NCBI GenBank assembly: GCA_007693835.1
Contig: RECW01000142.1
Location: 36,887 to 100,886, forward strand
DNA: 64,000 bases
Direction of reading: 5' to 3'
Origin: Paracoccaceae bacterium
GTDB lineage: Bacteria > Pseudomonadota > Alphaproteobacteria > Rhodobacterales > Rhodobacteraceae
Made by a program: the position numbers and the translations under genes. This document shows, in pieces, positions 16,968 through 27,148 of this stretch. Positions within the stretch are counted from its first letter, which is position 1. Each line of letters opens with the position of its first letter. Below the pieces are notes generated by a model. It made no database searches and was not told the origin of the DNA. It was given only the letters and a program-made list of their open reading frames with translations.

Positions 16968-17576
16968 TCAGGCCCCGGCGATGATGCGCGCGAACATGCT
17001 GATGAAGACGCCCGCGACGAGGAACAGCCCCACCGTCGCCGTCGCCACCTTGCCTGTCGAGCGGAAGCCGTGCGCCTCGGCCATGCAGGCGGCCATCAGC
17101 CAGACGTTGAGGCCCGCATAGAGCAGCGCGAACAGAACCCCGGGCCCCGCCGCCGCCGGCTGCCCCGGCGCCCCGCCGCCGAGCGCCGCGATCTGGAGCG
17201 GCGTGAGCGAGGCGGTGAGCACCGCGTGCCAGGCCGCCGCGCCGCCCACCTGCGCCGGCGTGCCGGTCCCCCCGAAGCGCTTGCCGACCGCATAGGCGAT
17301 GGTCGTGACCATCACGTAGTTCACGAGGACAAGCCCGGCGAGGGCGGCGTGGCCGAACAGCCCTATGCCGCGGGCGAAGACGCCGCCGAACACCCCCGGC
17401 GCGATCAGCACGATGAAGGCCCACAGCAGCGACTGGATGACCGCGGCCAGCAGCAGGAGTTCGAGGCGCGTGCGCATGTCGCCCGTGCGGTCGATGACAT
17501 GGCGCGCGACAGGCCGCGGCGTCGCGATGCCCCGCGTGACGAGGTCGAGGAACGCCTTGAGAGGGATCGCGTCCAT
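16968..17576 (-). CDS. Multi-pass membrane protein inside the suf operon (Yip1-domain-like, tentative), paralogue 1
   Basis: Part of track ORF 16968..18095(-); ATG 17576 (MDAIPLKAFLDLV). 202 aa with about 5 TM segments. Shares GGTG and AEAHGFR blocks with the neighbouring ORF. Confidence 0.7.
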   Translation of the reverse strand: MDAIPLKAFLDLVTRGIATPRPVARHVIDRTGDMRTRLELLLLAAVIQSLLWAFIVLIAPGVFGGVFARGIGLFGHAALAGLVLVNYVMVTTIAYAVGKRFGGTGTPAQVGGAAAWHAVLTASLTPLQIAALGGGAPGQPAAAGPGVLFALLYAGLNVWLMAACMAEAHGFRSTGKVATATVGLFLVAGVFISMFARIIAGA

Positions 17577-17653
17577 GGTCGTCGCTCCGTGAAGCCCGGC
17601 GCCGGCCTGCGCCCGAGCCTCCTTACGCCATCGCGCGAAGGGGCGCACGCCCC

Positions 17654-18262
17654 TCACGGCGCGCCGCCCGCCGCGAGCCCCGCGAGCAGCAGCGCGGCCA
17701 GCGCCGCGAGCCCCGCCGCGGCGATCAGGCCCACCAGCACGCGCCAGACCCGGAAGCCGTGGGCCTCGGCGAGGGCGGGGGCGAGCAGCAAGCCCCAGAT
17801 CACCGCGCCGATCTCCTGCCCCGCGTAGCCGATCGCCCAGCCGCCGCCCGCCCGCGCCAGCGCCGCGCCGAGCACCGCGAGCACGGCCGCGGCGGGCGCT
17901 GCGGCGAGCCCTGTCCAGAACACCGCCGCCCGCGTGGCGCGCCAGCCGCCCGTTCCGCCGAGACCCCGGCAGGCGGCCCCGATGAGGCCTGCGGCGAGGT
18001 AGAGCGACAGCGGCCGCAAGGTGAGTCCGGCGGCAAGCTGCGCCGTGGCCCAGCCGGCGAAGTCCGCCGCCGCAGCGCCCTCCGGCGCGATCCACTGAGC
18101 CCCGACGCGGCCGAGCGCAAACAGCGCGGAGCCGGCCACGGCGTAGAACGCGAGGCGCGCCTCGTCGGCCATCGCGATCTCCGCCCGCGCCGAGGCGCGC
18201 GGCGCGGTCCAGGCGCGCGTCAGCCGATCGACCAGACCGGCGGAGGCGGCGGTGGCCGTCAT
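17654..18262 (-). CDS. Multi-pass membrane protein inside the suf operon, paralogue 2
   Basis: Part of track ORF 17654..18457(-). ATG 18262 overlaps the sufD TGA (ATGA). 202 aa, identical in length to paralogue 1. Blocks LGGTGG and AEAHGFR. Confidence 0.65.
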   Translation of the reverse strand: MTATAASAGLVDRLTRAWTAPRASARAEIAMADEARLAFYAVAGSALFALGRVGAQWIAPEGAAAADFAGWATAQLAAGLTLRPLSLYLAAGLIGAACRGLGGTGGWRATRAAVFWTGLAAAPAAAVLAVLGAALARAGGGWAIGYAGQEIGAVIWGLLLAPALAEAHGFRVWRVLVGLIAAAGLAALAALLLAGLAAGGAP

Positions 18263-19536
18263 GCCCGGCGCGCCATCCACGCCGCGACGTGGGCGCGCAT
18301 GGCGTCTGCGAAAGCGTCGTCGTCGATCTCGGCGATCGCCTCGTCGACGAAGGCGGCCACCAGCATCGCCTCGGCCTCGCGCTGCGGCACGCCGCGAGCG
18401 CGCAGGTAGAACAGGGCGTCCTCGTCCATCGCGCCGGTGGTCGAGCCGTGCGAGCACTTCACGTCGTCGGCGTAGATCTCGAGCTCGGGCTTGGCGTCGA
18501 ACTCGGCCGTGTCCGACAGCAGCACGGACTGGCTGATCTGGTAGCCGTCGGTCTTCTGCGCGCCGTCGCGCACGAAGATCTTGCCCTGGAAGACCGAGCG
18601 CCCGCGACCATCGAGAACCGACTTGAACACCTGCCGGCTCTCGCCGTGGACGCCGGTGTGGGTGACGAAGACGGTGTTGTCGATCAGGCTCTCGCCGGTC
18701 GCCAGCACGCCGCCGGCCGCGTGGCCGACCGCATGGTCGCCGACGAGGTCGAACACCACCTCGTTGCGCGTCAGGCGCCCGTCGGTCGTGAGCGTGAAGG
18801 TCTTGAACAGCCCGTGCGGCGCGACGCGCGCGAAGACATGGGTCGCGCCGGCCTGCGCCGGATCGGCCTGCAGGCGGACATGGCGGAACGCGCCGCCCTC
18901 CGCCACGTCGACCTCCGTCACGCCGTTGGTGACGGCCCCGGATTCCAGAACGGTCACGGAGGCGCCCTTCTCGACGCGCACCAGATGGCGAACCATCGCC
19001 GCGCCCTCGCCGACCTGCACGTAGCGCAGGTGGATCGGCCGCGTCGCCTCCCCGGTCACGCGCAGCGTCAGCCCTTCGACCGCCGTGGCGGTGTTGAGCG
19101 CGGCGAGCGGCCGCGCGACCTTCTCGTGCCCCGCCGCCTCCAGCGCGCCGAACAGGCCGCGCGCGAAGGCGATGTCGGCGCCGAGCGTCTCGGCGAGCGT
19201 GCGGATCTCCACGCCCTCGACTGTTTCGGCCGACAGGTCGGGCCGGAAGCGGCCGTTGACGAAGACGAACTCGGCGGCGTCCGCGCCGGGGAACGCCTCC
19301 GGCGCGGCCGTCGGCTCGGCCTCCGCCGCCACGGCCTTCGGCGCGGTCAGCAGCGTGGGATCGGTGTACTTCCAGTATTCGTCGCGCTTGGCGGGCGCGC
19401 CCATCGCCTCGAACCGCGCGCGCGCCTCGGCGCGCGCCGCGTCGGCCCAGCCCGCCTGACCGGCCGGGATCGGCGCGCCGGCGAGCAGCCGGGCGGCCGC
19501 CTCCCGCTTCGGCGACAGCTTCTCCGCCGCGCTCAC
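18259..19536 (-). CDS. sufD: Fe-S cluster assembly protein SufD
   Basis: Part of track ORF 18259..19785(-). GTG 19536 overlaps the sufC TGA (GTGA). C-terminal blocks SRQVFKSVLDGRGRSVFQGKI, KPELEIYADDVKCSHG and LFYLRARG. Confidence 0.88.
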   Translation of the reverse strand: MSAAEKLSPKREAAARLLAGAPIPAGQAGWADAARAEARARFEAMGAPAKRDEYWKYTDPTLLTAPKAVAAEAEPTAAPEAFPGADAAEFVFVNGRFRPDLSAETVEGVEIRTLAETLGADIAFARGLFGALEAAGHEKVARPLAALNTATAVEGLTLRVTGEATRPIHLRYVQVGEGAAMVRHLVRVEKGASVTVLESGAVTNGVTEVDVAEGGAFRHVRLQADPAQAGATHVFARVAPHGLFKTFTLTTDGRLTRNEVVFDLVGDHAVGHAAGGVLATGESLIDNTVFVTHTGVHGESRQVFKSVLDGRGRSVFQGKIFVRDGAQKTDGYQISQSVLLSDTAEFDAKPELEIYADDVKCSHGSTTGAMDEDALFYLRARGVPQREAEAMLVAAFVDEAIAEIDDDAFADAMRAHVAAWMARRA

Positions 19537-20288
19537 GCCGCGGCTCCGACGAACTGGTCGTAGCCCTCGTTCTCGACCTTGAGCGCGAGGTCCGGGCCGC
19601 CGCTCTCGATGATCCGTCCGTCCGCCATGATGTGCACGACGTCGGGCTGGATGTGATCGAGCAGGCGCTGGTAGTGCGTGATCACGAGAAAGCCGCGGTC
19701 GGGCGAGCGGAGCGCGTTGACGCCGGAGGCGACCAGCTTCATCGCGTCGACGTCGAGGCCCGAGTCGGTCTCGTCGAGGATGCACATGCGCGGCTGCAGC
19801 ACGGCCATCTGCAGGATTTCGTTGCGCTTCTTCTCGCCGCCCGAGAAACCGACGTTGACGGGGCGCTTCAGCATCTCGGCGTCGATCTTGAGCTTGCGGC
19901 CTTCCTCGCGCACAAGCTTGAGGAAGTCGGCGGCGTTCATCTCCGGCTCGCCGCGGTGGCGGCGCTGGGCGTTCAGCGCGGTGCGCAGGAACGTCATGTT
20001 GCCGACCCCGGGGATCTCGACCGGATACTGGAAGGCGAGGAAAAGGCCCTCGGCCGCGCGTTCCTCCGGCTCCAGCCCCAGCACGTCGTGGCCGAACATC
20101 TCGATCGATCCGCCGGTTACGACGTAGCCGTCGCGCCCCGCGAGCACATAGGAGAGGGTCGACTTGCCCGAGCCGTTCGGCCCCATGATCGCGTGCACCT
20201 CGCCCGCGGGCACGGTGAGCGAGAGCCCCTTGAGGATCGCCTTGTCCTCCTCCTCGAGCTTCACGTGCAGGTCTTCGATCTTCAGCAT
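19533..20288 (-). CDS. sufC: Fe-S cluster assembly ATPase SufC
   Basis: ATG 20288 (MLKIEDLHV). Walker A GPNGSGKST, signature FSGGEKKR, Walker B CILDETDSGLD, H-loop ITHY. Confidence 0.93.
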   Translation of the reverse strand: MLKIEDLHVKLEEEDKAILKGLSLTVPAGEVHAIMGPNGSGKSTLSYVLAGRDGYVVTGGSIEMFGHDVLGLEPEERAAEGLFLAFQYPVEIPGVGNMTFLRTALNAQRRHRGEPEMNAADFLKLVREEGRKLKIDAEMLKRPVNVGFSGGEKKRNEILQMAVLQPRMCILDETDSGLDVDAMKLVASGVNALRSPDRGFLVITHYQRLLDHIQPDVVHIMADGRIIESGGPDLALKVENEGYDQFVGAAA

Positions 20289-20293
20289 GCCCC

Positions 20294-20599
20294 TCACTCC
20301 GTCTTCATCTCCGAGGGCGCCCGCGGCCCCTCTATCCCCGCCATCGCGCGGAAGCCCGACGCGAGGCCCATCGTCAACAGCCGGATCGCGACGCTGCCGA
20401 GCAGCCACAACCCGAGCACGAACCACGCCGAGGGCTGATACCCCGGCACGAGAAGTCCCGGCCCTCGCGCCGCCGCCCCGAAAGCCGCGAAGACCAGCAG
20501 CACGGTCAGCGGCTTGTCGATCATCTGCGCCACGATGCGCAGGAAGCGCTCTCGCGGGTCGGCCACGTAGTCCTCGCCGGCAGGTTCGCGCAGGTCCAT
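20294..20599 (-). CDS. Small membrane protein (101 aa) between sufB and sufC
   Basis: Track ORF. Two hydrophobic segments: LTVLLVFAAFGAAA and WFVLGLWLLGSVAIRLL. Its stop is 5 nt before the sufC ATG and its ATG is 1 nt after the preceding stop. Confidence 0.55.
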   Translation of the reverse strand: MDLREPAGEDYVADPRERFLRIVAQMIDKPLTVLLVFAAFGAAARGPGLLVPGYQPSAWFVLGLWLLGSVAIRLLTMGLASGFRAMAGIEGPRAPSEMKTE

Positions 20600-20600
20600 C

Positions 20601-20771
20601 TCAGCCTCCGAACAGCATCGGTTTCAGCACGAGATAGGCGAGGCCCCCCACAAGTCCCGAAATCGCCGCCACCGGCCTCGGGTCGACGACCTGACCCCGG
20701 ACGCCGGCCCACGCCCCCGCGCCGCCGACCACCGCGACGAGCGCGGCCACCAGCGCGTCGGCCGCGCTCAC
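20601..20771 (-). CDS. Tiny Gly/Ala-rich membrane protein (56 aa) between sufB and sufC
   Basis: GTG 20771 overlaps the TGA of the upstream small ORF (GTGA). Sequence [23 protein letters not shown]...ISGLVGGLAYLVLKPMLFGG. GC3 is near-saturated in this frame. Confidence 0.45.
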   Translation of the reverse strand: MSAADALVAALVAVVGGAGAWAGVRGQVVDPRPVAAISGLVGGLAYLVLKPMLFGG

Positions 20772-21033
20772 GCGTCCCGCCGGCAGCGCACCCACGCGGC
20801 GGTCAGCGCGGCCCAGGCGACCAGCACGAAGACGGTGATCGCCGTCTCGGCCAGCGCCACGCCGCTGGCGCTCAGGCCGAACAGGGCGCCGAGCCCCTCC
20901 GCCACCTCGTCGTCCGCGAGGGCCAGCGCCACCACGAAGAGATGGCAGAGCACCAGCCAGAACTCCCGCCGCGGCGTCCGCAGCCGATGCGCGTGGCCGA
21001 GCGGCGGCAGCGCCGGGCGGGGCGCCTGCGCGA

Positions 21034-21037
<4 letters not shown>
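20768..21037 (-). CDS. Small membrane protein (89 aa) between sufB and sufC
   Basis: GTG 21037 overlaps the sufB TGA (GTGA). Two TM segments: [16 protein letters not shown] and [19 protein letters not shown]3 is near-saturated. Confidence 0.5.
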
Positions 21038-22566
<1,529 letters not shown>

Positions 22567-22582
22567 GCCGGAACTCCTCTGT

Positions 22583-23659
22583 TCAAGCCGCCTTGCGGCG
22601 GCGTTTGGCGTAATGCCCGAGCCATGCGGCGCTGAAGCGCGCCACCTCGTCTTCCGTCGTCGTCGGCCCGAGCGAGATGCGGATCGCGCTGGCGGCGGTC
22701 TCGGCGTCGAGGCCCATCGCGCGGAGCGCGCGGCTTGGGCCGGCCTTGCCCGACGAGCAGGCGGACCCGGCGCTGACGGCGAAGCCGGCGAGGTCCATCT
22801 GCATCACCTGCGTCTCGCCCCGCCAGCCGGGGACGACGATGCAGGTGGTGTTCGGGAGACGCGCGGAACCCGCGCCGACCACGAAGGCGTCGGGCGCCGC
22901 CGAGAGCAGCCGGTCCTCCAGCGCGTCGCGCAGCCTCGCGACGCGATCCCAGGCGCCGCCTGCGAGGTCGCGCAGCGCGGCTTCCGCGGCTGCGCCGAAG
23001 CCGGCGATCCCGACGAGGTTCTCCGTGCCCGCGCGCCGACCGCGCTCCTGTCCGCCCTGCAGCGCCGGCGGCTCGACGCGCGCGATCAGCGCGCCGACGC
23101 CCTTCGGGCCGCCGAGCTTGTGGGCCGAGACCATGACGTGATCGGCGGTCGCGGCCGGCGCCCGGCCGGCGGTCTGCGCCGCGTCCACCAGCGTCAGGGC
23201 GCCTCCCGCCCGCGCCGCGGCCACCGTGTCGGCGACGGGCTGCACGACGCCGGTCTCGTTCTGCGCCGCGACCAGCGCGACCATCTCGGCGCCGGCCGCG
23301 GGCGCCTCGGCGATGCCCTCCCGCGTGGCGCCGGCCGTCAGCGCCGGGTCCGCGAGCCGCCAGACGCAATCGTGCTCCAGCGCCGAACACCCGAGCCGCC
23401 GCGGCCCCACGGCCAGCGCCGCGGCCTCGGTCGCGCCGCTGGTGAACACCACATGATCCGGGTCGCACCCCATCAGCGCCGCCACCTGGGCCCGCGCCCG
23501 CTCGACCAGCGCCCGCGCCGCGCGTCCTTCGGCGTGGACGCTGGAGGGATTGCCGACGACGTCGAGCGCCGCCTGCATCGCCGCCCGCGCCTCCGGCCGC
23601 AGCGGCGCCGTCGCGTTCCAGTCGAGATAGACGCGCCCGGTGTCGACGGGTCCGCTCAC
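22583..23659 (-). CDS. NifS/IscS-like class V cysteine desulfurase
   Basis: Part of track ORF 22583..23788(-). GTG 23659 overlaps the iscR TGA (GTGA). PLP-Lys in [10 protein letters not shown]. Catalytic loop SAGSACSSG. Confidence 0.85.
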   Translation of the reverse strand: MSGPVDTGRVYLDWNATAPLRPEARAAMQAALDVVGNPSSVHAEGRAARALVERARAQVAALMGCDPDHVVFTSGATEAAALAVGPRRLGCSALEHDCVWRLADPALTAGATREGIAEAPAAGAEMVALVAAQNETGVVQPVADTVAAARAGGALTLVDAAQTAGRAPAATADHVMVSAHKLGGPKGVGALIARVEPPALQGGQERGRRAGTENLVGIAGFGAAAEAALRDLAGGAWDRVARLRDALEDRLLSAAPDAFVVGAGSARLPNTTCIVVPGWRGETQVMQMDLAGFAVSAGSACSSGKAGPSRALRAMGLDAETAASAIRISLGPTTTEDEVARFSAAWLGHYAKRRRKAA

Positions 23660-24123
23660 GCCCGCGCCTCCTCCGGCAGCGGCCAGAGCGACGGCGCCGC
23701 CGGGCAGGGGGCCAGCGTGTTGCCGACCACGTCCGCGATGGTGGTCTGGCTGAGGAAGACGTGCACGTGGCTCGACAGCCGTTCCCACAGGTCGTGGGTG
23801 AGGCAGGCGGCGCGCGAGCCGCCGCAGCCGCTTTCGACGCCGTGCTCGCAGCGCACCGCGCTCACGGTCTCGTCGACGGCGTCCATGATGTCGATGATGC
23901 GGATCGCCTCCGGCGCGCGTCCGAGCCGATAGCCGCCGCCGGGCCCGCGCACGCTTTCGACCAATCCCGCCTTGCGCAGCCGGACGAAGAGCTGCTCGAG
24001 GTAGGCGAGCGACACGTCCTGCCGGTCGGCGATCTCGGCGAGCGTCACCAGCCGTTGGCCGCCCTGGAGCGCGATGTCCGCCAGCGCCGTCACCGCGTAT
24101 CGCCCCTTGGTGCTCAGTTTCAT
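23656..24123 (-). CDS. iscR: Rrf2-family Fe-S-responsive regulator (IscR-like)
   Basis: ATG 24123 (MKLSTKGRYAVTALADIAL, an Rrf2 HTH). Candidate cluster ligands C-x7-C-x6-C-x2-H in RCEHGVESGCGGSRAACLTH. Confidence 0.85.
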   Translation of the reverse strand: MKLSTKGRYAVTALADIALQGGQRLVTLAEIADRQDVSLAYLEQLFVRLRKAGLVESVRGPGGGYRLGRAPEAIRIIDIMDAVDETVSAVRCEHGVESGCGGSRAACLTHDLWERLSSHVHVFLSQTTIADVVGNTLAPCPAAPSLWPLPEEARA

Positions 24124-24282
24124 CGCCGTCCTCCGCCCTCGCCTTTCCCTCTCCCGCCGCGGCGCGTTTCGACGCGGCGCCGCCATGGTAGCACGGCCTG
24201 CGCCCCGTTGACGCGCTCCGGGGGGCCGCTTACTTCGCAGGGACCAAGGGCGCTGTCCAAGTTGGAATGGTTCTAGAGTGCC

Positions 24283-24297
24283 TGACTGTAATCGTCA
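24283..24297. promoter_or_regulatory. Inverted repeat TGAC-N7-GTCA in the iscR upstream region; candidate IscR-type operator
   Basis: tgactgtaatcgtca at 24283-24297. On the minus strand it reads cTTGACgattacaGTCAgg and overlaps a TTGACG -35-like hexamer 160 nt upstream of iscR. Confidence 0.25.
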
Positions 24298-24354
24298 AGC
24301 ATTCCGGCGCCGTCCGATGCGCGCGCCGTTCCGCGCCAGCCGAGGGGAGCGTTC

Positions 24355-25008
24355 ATGCCGGAGATCATCTTTCCCGGTCCGGAAGGGCGGCTCGAAGGCC
24401 GCTACCACCCGCAGAAGGAGCGCGACGCGCCGATCGCGCTGATTCTCCATCCGCACCCCCAGTTCGGGGGCACGATGAACAACAAGGTGGTCTACAACCT
24501 GCACTACACCTTCCACCGGCTCGGCTTCTCGGTGATGCGGTTCAACTTCCGCGGCGTGGGGCGCAGCCAGGGCGAGTTCGACCAGGGCATCGGCGAGCTG
24601 TCCGACGCCGCCTCGGCGCTCGATCACCTGCAGCACCTCTGCCCGAACGCGCGGAGCTGCTACGTCGCCGGCTTCTCCTTCGGCGCGTGGATCGCCATGC
24701 AGCTGCTGATGCGCCGGCCGGAGATCGCGGGGTTCGTGAGCGTCGCGCCGCCGGCCAACATGTACGACTTCTCGTTCCTCGCGCCCTGCCCGTCCTCGGG
24801 GCTGATCATCAACGGCGCCGCCGACCGCATCGCGCCGCCGGCGGACGTCGAGAAGCTCGCCGCCAAGCTCAAGATGCAGAAGGGCATCACCATCACCCAC
24901 ACCGTGGTGCCGGGCGCGAGCCACTTCTTCGACGAGGGGATGGACGAGATGATCGGGGCGGTCGAGGCCTACGTCGCCGCGCGGCTGGCCGACCCCGCCG
25001 CCGTCTGA
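24355..25008 (+). CDS. Alpha/beta-fold hydrolase (COG2945-like)
   Basis: 217 aa. Nucleophile elbow VAGFSFGAW (G-x-S-x-G). Late GASHFF His block. Confidence 0.8.
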   Translation: MPEIIFPGPEGRLEGRYHPQKERDAPIALILHPHPQFGGTMNNKVVYNLHYTFHRLGFSVMRFNFRGVGRSQGEFDQGIGELSDAASALDHLQHLCPNARSCYVAGFSFGAWIAMQLLMRRPEIAGFVSVAPPANMYDFSFLAPCPSSGLIINGAADRIAPPADVEKLAAKLKMQKGITITHTVVPGASHFFDEGMDEMIGAVEAYVAARLADPAAV

Positions 25009-25030
25009 CGCGGCCGGTCGCCGCGCGCCC

Positions 25031-26893
25031 ATGCTGACCATCGCCGACATGAGCTTCACGCTCGCGGGGCGGCGGCTGTTCCACGCCGCCTCCGCCCGCG
25101 TGCCGGACGGCGCGCGCGTCGGCGTGGTCGGGCGCAACGGCGCCGGCAAGTCGACCCTGTTCCGGCTGATCGAAGGCGCCTGCGAGCCGGAGCAGGGGGC
25201 GGTGACGGTCCGCGCCGGCGCGCGCATCGGCGGCGTCGCGCAGGAGGCGCCGGCGACGCGGGATAGCCTGCTCGACACGGTGCTGAAGGCCGACGTCGAG
25301 CGCGCGGCGCTGCTCGCCGAAGCCGAGACGGCGACCGACGCGCACCGCATCGCCGACATACAGACGCGCCTCGCCGACATCGACGCCCACTCGGCCGAGG
25401 CGCGGGCGGCGGCGATTCTGAGCGGGCTGGGCTTCGACGCGGCGGCGCAGGCGCGCGCCTGCGCCGAGTTCTCCGGCGGCTGGCGGATGCGCGTGGCGCT
25501 CGCCGCCGTGCTGTTCGCCCGGCCCGACCTGCTGCTGCTCGACGAGCCGACGAACTATCTCGATCTCGAAGGAACGGTGTGGCTGGAGACCTTCCTCGCC
25601 CGCTACCCGGCCACCGCCCTCGTCATCAGCCATGACCGCGGCCTGCTCAACCGCGCCGTCGACGCGATCCTCGCGCTGGAGGGCGGTCGGCTGACGCTGA
25701 CGAGCGGGAACTTCGACACGTTCGACCGGCTGCGGCGGGAACGCGCGGCGCAGATGCAGGCCGCCGTCGCCAAGCAGGCGGCCGAACGCGCCCACATCCA
25801 GAAGTTCGTCGACCGCTTCCGCGCAAAGGCGTCGAAGGCCAAGCAGGCGCAGAGCCGGCTGAAGATGCTGGAGCGCATGACGCCGATCGCCTGGAGCGCC
25901 GAAGCGCCGGTGGCCCCGTTCCGCTTCCCCGCGCCGGAGGAACTGGCCCCGCCGCTGATGGCGCTCGACGGCGCCAGCGTCGGCTACGGCGGCCCGCCGA
26001 TCCTGCGGAACCTGTCGCTGCGCATCGACCCCGACGACCGGATCGCGCTGCTCGGCGCCAACGGTCAGGGCAAGTCGACCTTCGCCAAGCTGATCTCCGG
26101 GCGGCTCGCGCCGAGTTCGGGGACGGTCTCCCGATCCTCGAAGATGCGCATCGGCTTCTTCGCCCAGCACCAGCTCGACGAGCTGACCGAGGGCGAGACG
26201 CCGATCCAGCACATCCAGCGCCTGAAGCCCGACGAGAAGCCCGCCCAACTGCGCGCCCGGCTCGGCGCGGCGGGGATCGGGGCCGACATCGCCGCGAACC
26301 CGGTCGAGACGCTGTCGGGCGGGCAGAAGGCGCGGCTGCTGATGGCGCTGATGACGCTCGACGCGCCGCACATGGTGATTCTCGACGAGCCGACGAACCA
26401 CCTCGACATGGAGAGCCGGGAGGCGCTGGCGCTGGCGCTCAACGATTACCCCGGCGCGGTGATCCTGATCAGCCACGACCCCTATCTGGTCGAGGCGGTG
26501 GCCGACAGGCTGTGGCTGGTGAAGGACGGCGCCGTGCGGCCCTTCGAAGGCGACATGGACGACTACCGCGCGCTGCTCCTCGGCGACCGAAGCGGATCGG
26601 GCGGCGCGGCGCGGCCGGCGGCGAAGCCGAAGCGCACGGCGGCCGAGAAGCGCCGGGCGCTGGCGCCGCTGAAGGCGGAGGCCGCGGCCTGCGAGGACCG
26701 GGTGCGCGCGCTCGAGGCGATGAAGGCGAAGATCGACGCCCGGCTCGCGGACCCCGCGCTCTACACCGACGCCGACCCGGCGCGCTTCGAGACGCTCCAG
26801 ATCAAGCGCGCCGAGATCGTCGACGGGCTGGCGCGCGCCGAAGACCTGTGGCTCGCCGCGCAGGAGCGGCTGGAGGCGGCGGAGGCGGAGTAG
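25031..26893 (+). CDS. ABC-F family ATPase (Uup/YbiT-like, no TM domain)
   Basis: 620 aa. Two cassettes: Walker A GRNGAGKST and GANGQGKST, signatures FSGGWRMR and LSGGQKAR. Inter-domain linker and a charged C-terminal coiled coil. Confidence 0.9.
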   Translation: MLTIADMSFTLAGRRLFHAASARVPDGARVGVVGRNGAGKSTLFRLIEGACEPEQGAVTVRAGARIGGVAQEAPATRDSLLDTVLKADVERAALLAEAETATDAHRIADIQTRLADIDAHSAEARAAAILSGLGFDAAAQARACAEFSGGWRMRVALAAVLFARPDLLLLDEPTNYLDLEGTVWLETFLARYPATALVISHDRGLLNRAVDAILALEGGRLTLTSGNFDTFDRLRRERAAQMQAAVAKQAAERAHIQKFVDRFRAKASKAKQAQSRLKMLERMTPIAWSAEAPVAPFRFPAPEELAPPLMALDGASVGYGGPPILRNLSLRIDPDDRIALLGANGQGKSTFAKLISGRLAPSSGTVSRSSKMRIGFFAQHQLDELTEGETPIQHIQRLKPDEKPAQLRARLGAAGIGADIAANPVETLSGGQKARLLMALMTLDAPHMVILDEPTNHLDMESREALALALNDYPGAVILISHDPYLVEAVADRLWLVKDGAVRPFEGDMDDYRALLLGDRSGSGGAARPAAKPKRTAAEKRRALAPLKAEAAACEDRVRALEAMKAKIDARLADPALYTDADPARFETLQIKRAEIVDGLARAEDLWLAAQERLEAAEAE

Positions 26894-27085
26894 ATGGGCG
26901 GCTACGAGAACGTCAGCGACGCGCGGATCCTCTATCTCGTGATCCTCGGGCTCGCGCTCATCGTGATCGTGTTCGCCCGCTACCGCGACCGCATGGGAGA
27001 CGCGCTGCGCCATGCCGGCTGGTGGGCGCTTGTCTTCGCCGGCGTGGCGGCGGCGGCCTCGCTGGCGCAGAAGTGGCTGGGCTGA
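26894..27085 (+). CDS. Small two-TM membrane protein (63 aa)
   Basis: The ATG directly abuts the TAG of the ABC-F gene (tagatg). GC3 is high. Hydrophobic segments ILYLVILGLALIVIVF and WWALVFAGVAAAASL. Confidence 0.55.
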   Translation: MGGYENVSDARILYLVILGLALIVIVFARYRDRMGDALRHAGWWALVFAGVAAAASLAQKWLG

Positions 27086-27098
27086 CGGCGCGCGACGG

Positions 27099-27126
27099 AA
27101 AAAGGCGCGACCTTCCGGCCGCGCCT
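27099..27126 (-). terminator. Intrinsic terminator downstream of the VPLPA-CTERM gene
   Basis: The minus strand reads GGCGCG-gccggaaggt-CGCGCC followed by TTTTT. It lies 23 nt past the stop at 27149. Confidence 0.55.
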
Positions 27127-27148
27127 CCCCGTCATGGTCGCGGCACCG

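Noticed and set aside
24208-24236. TTGACG-N16-TTACTT as the promoter of the alpha/beta hydrolase gene
   Set aside because: The -10 element is poor and there is no supporting evidence. It is too weak to list as a feature.
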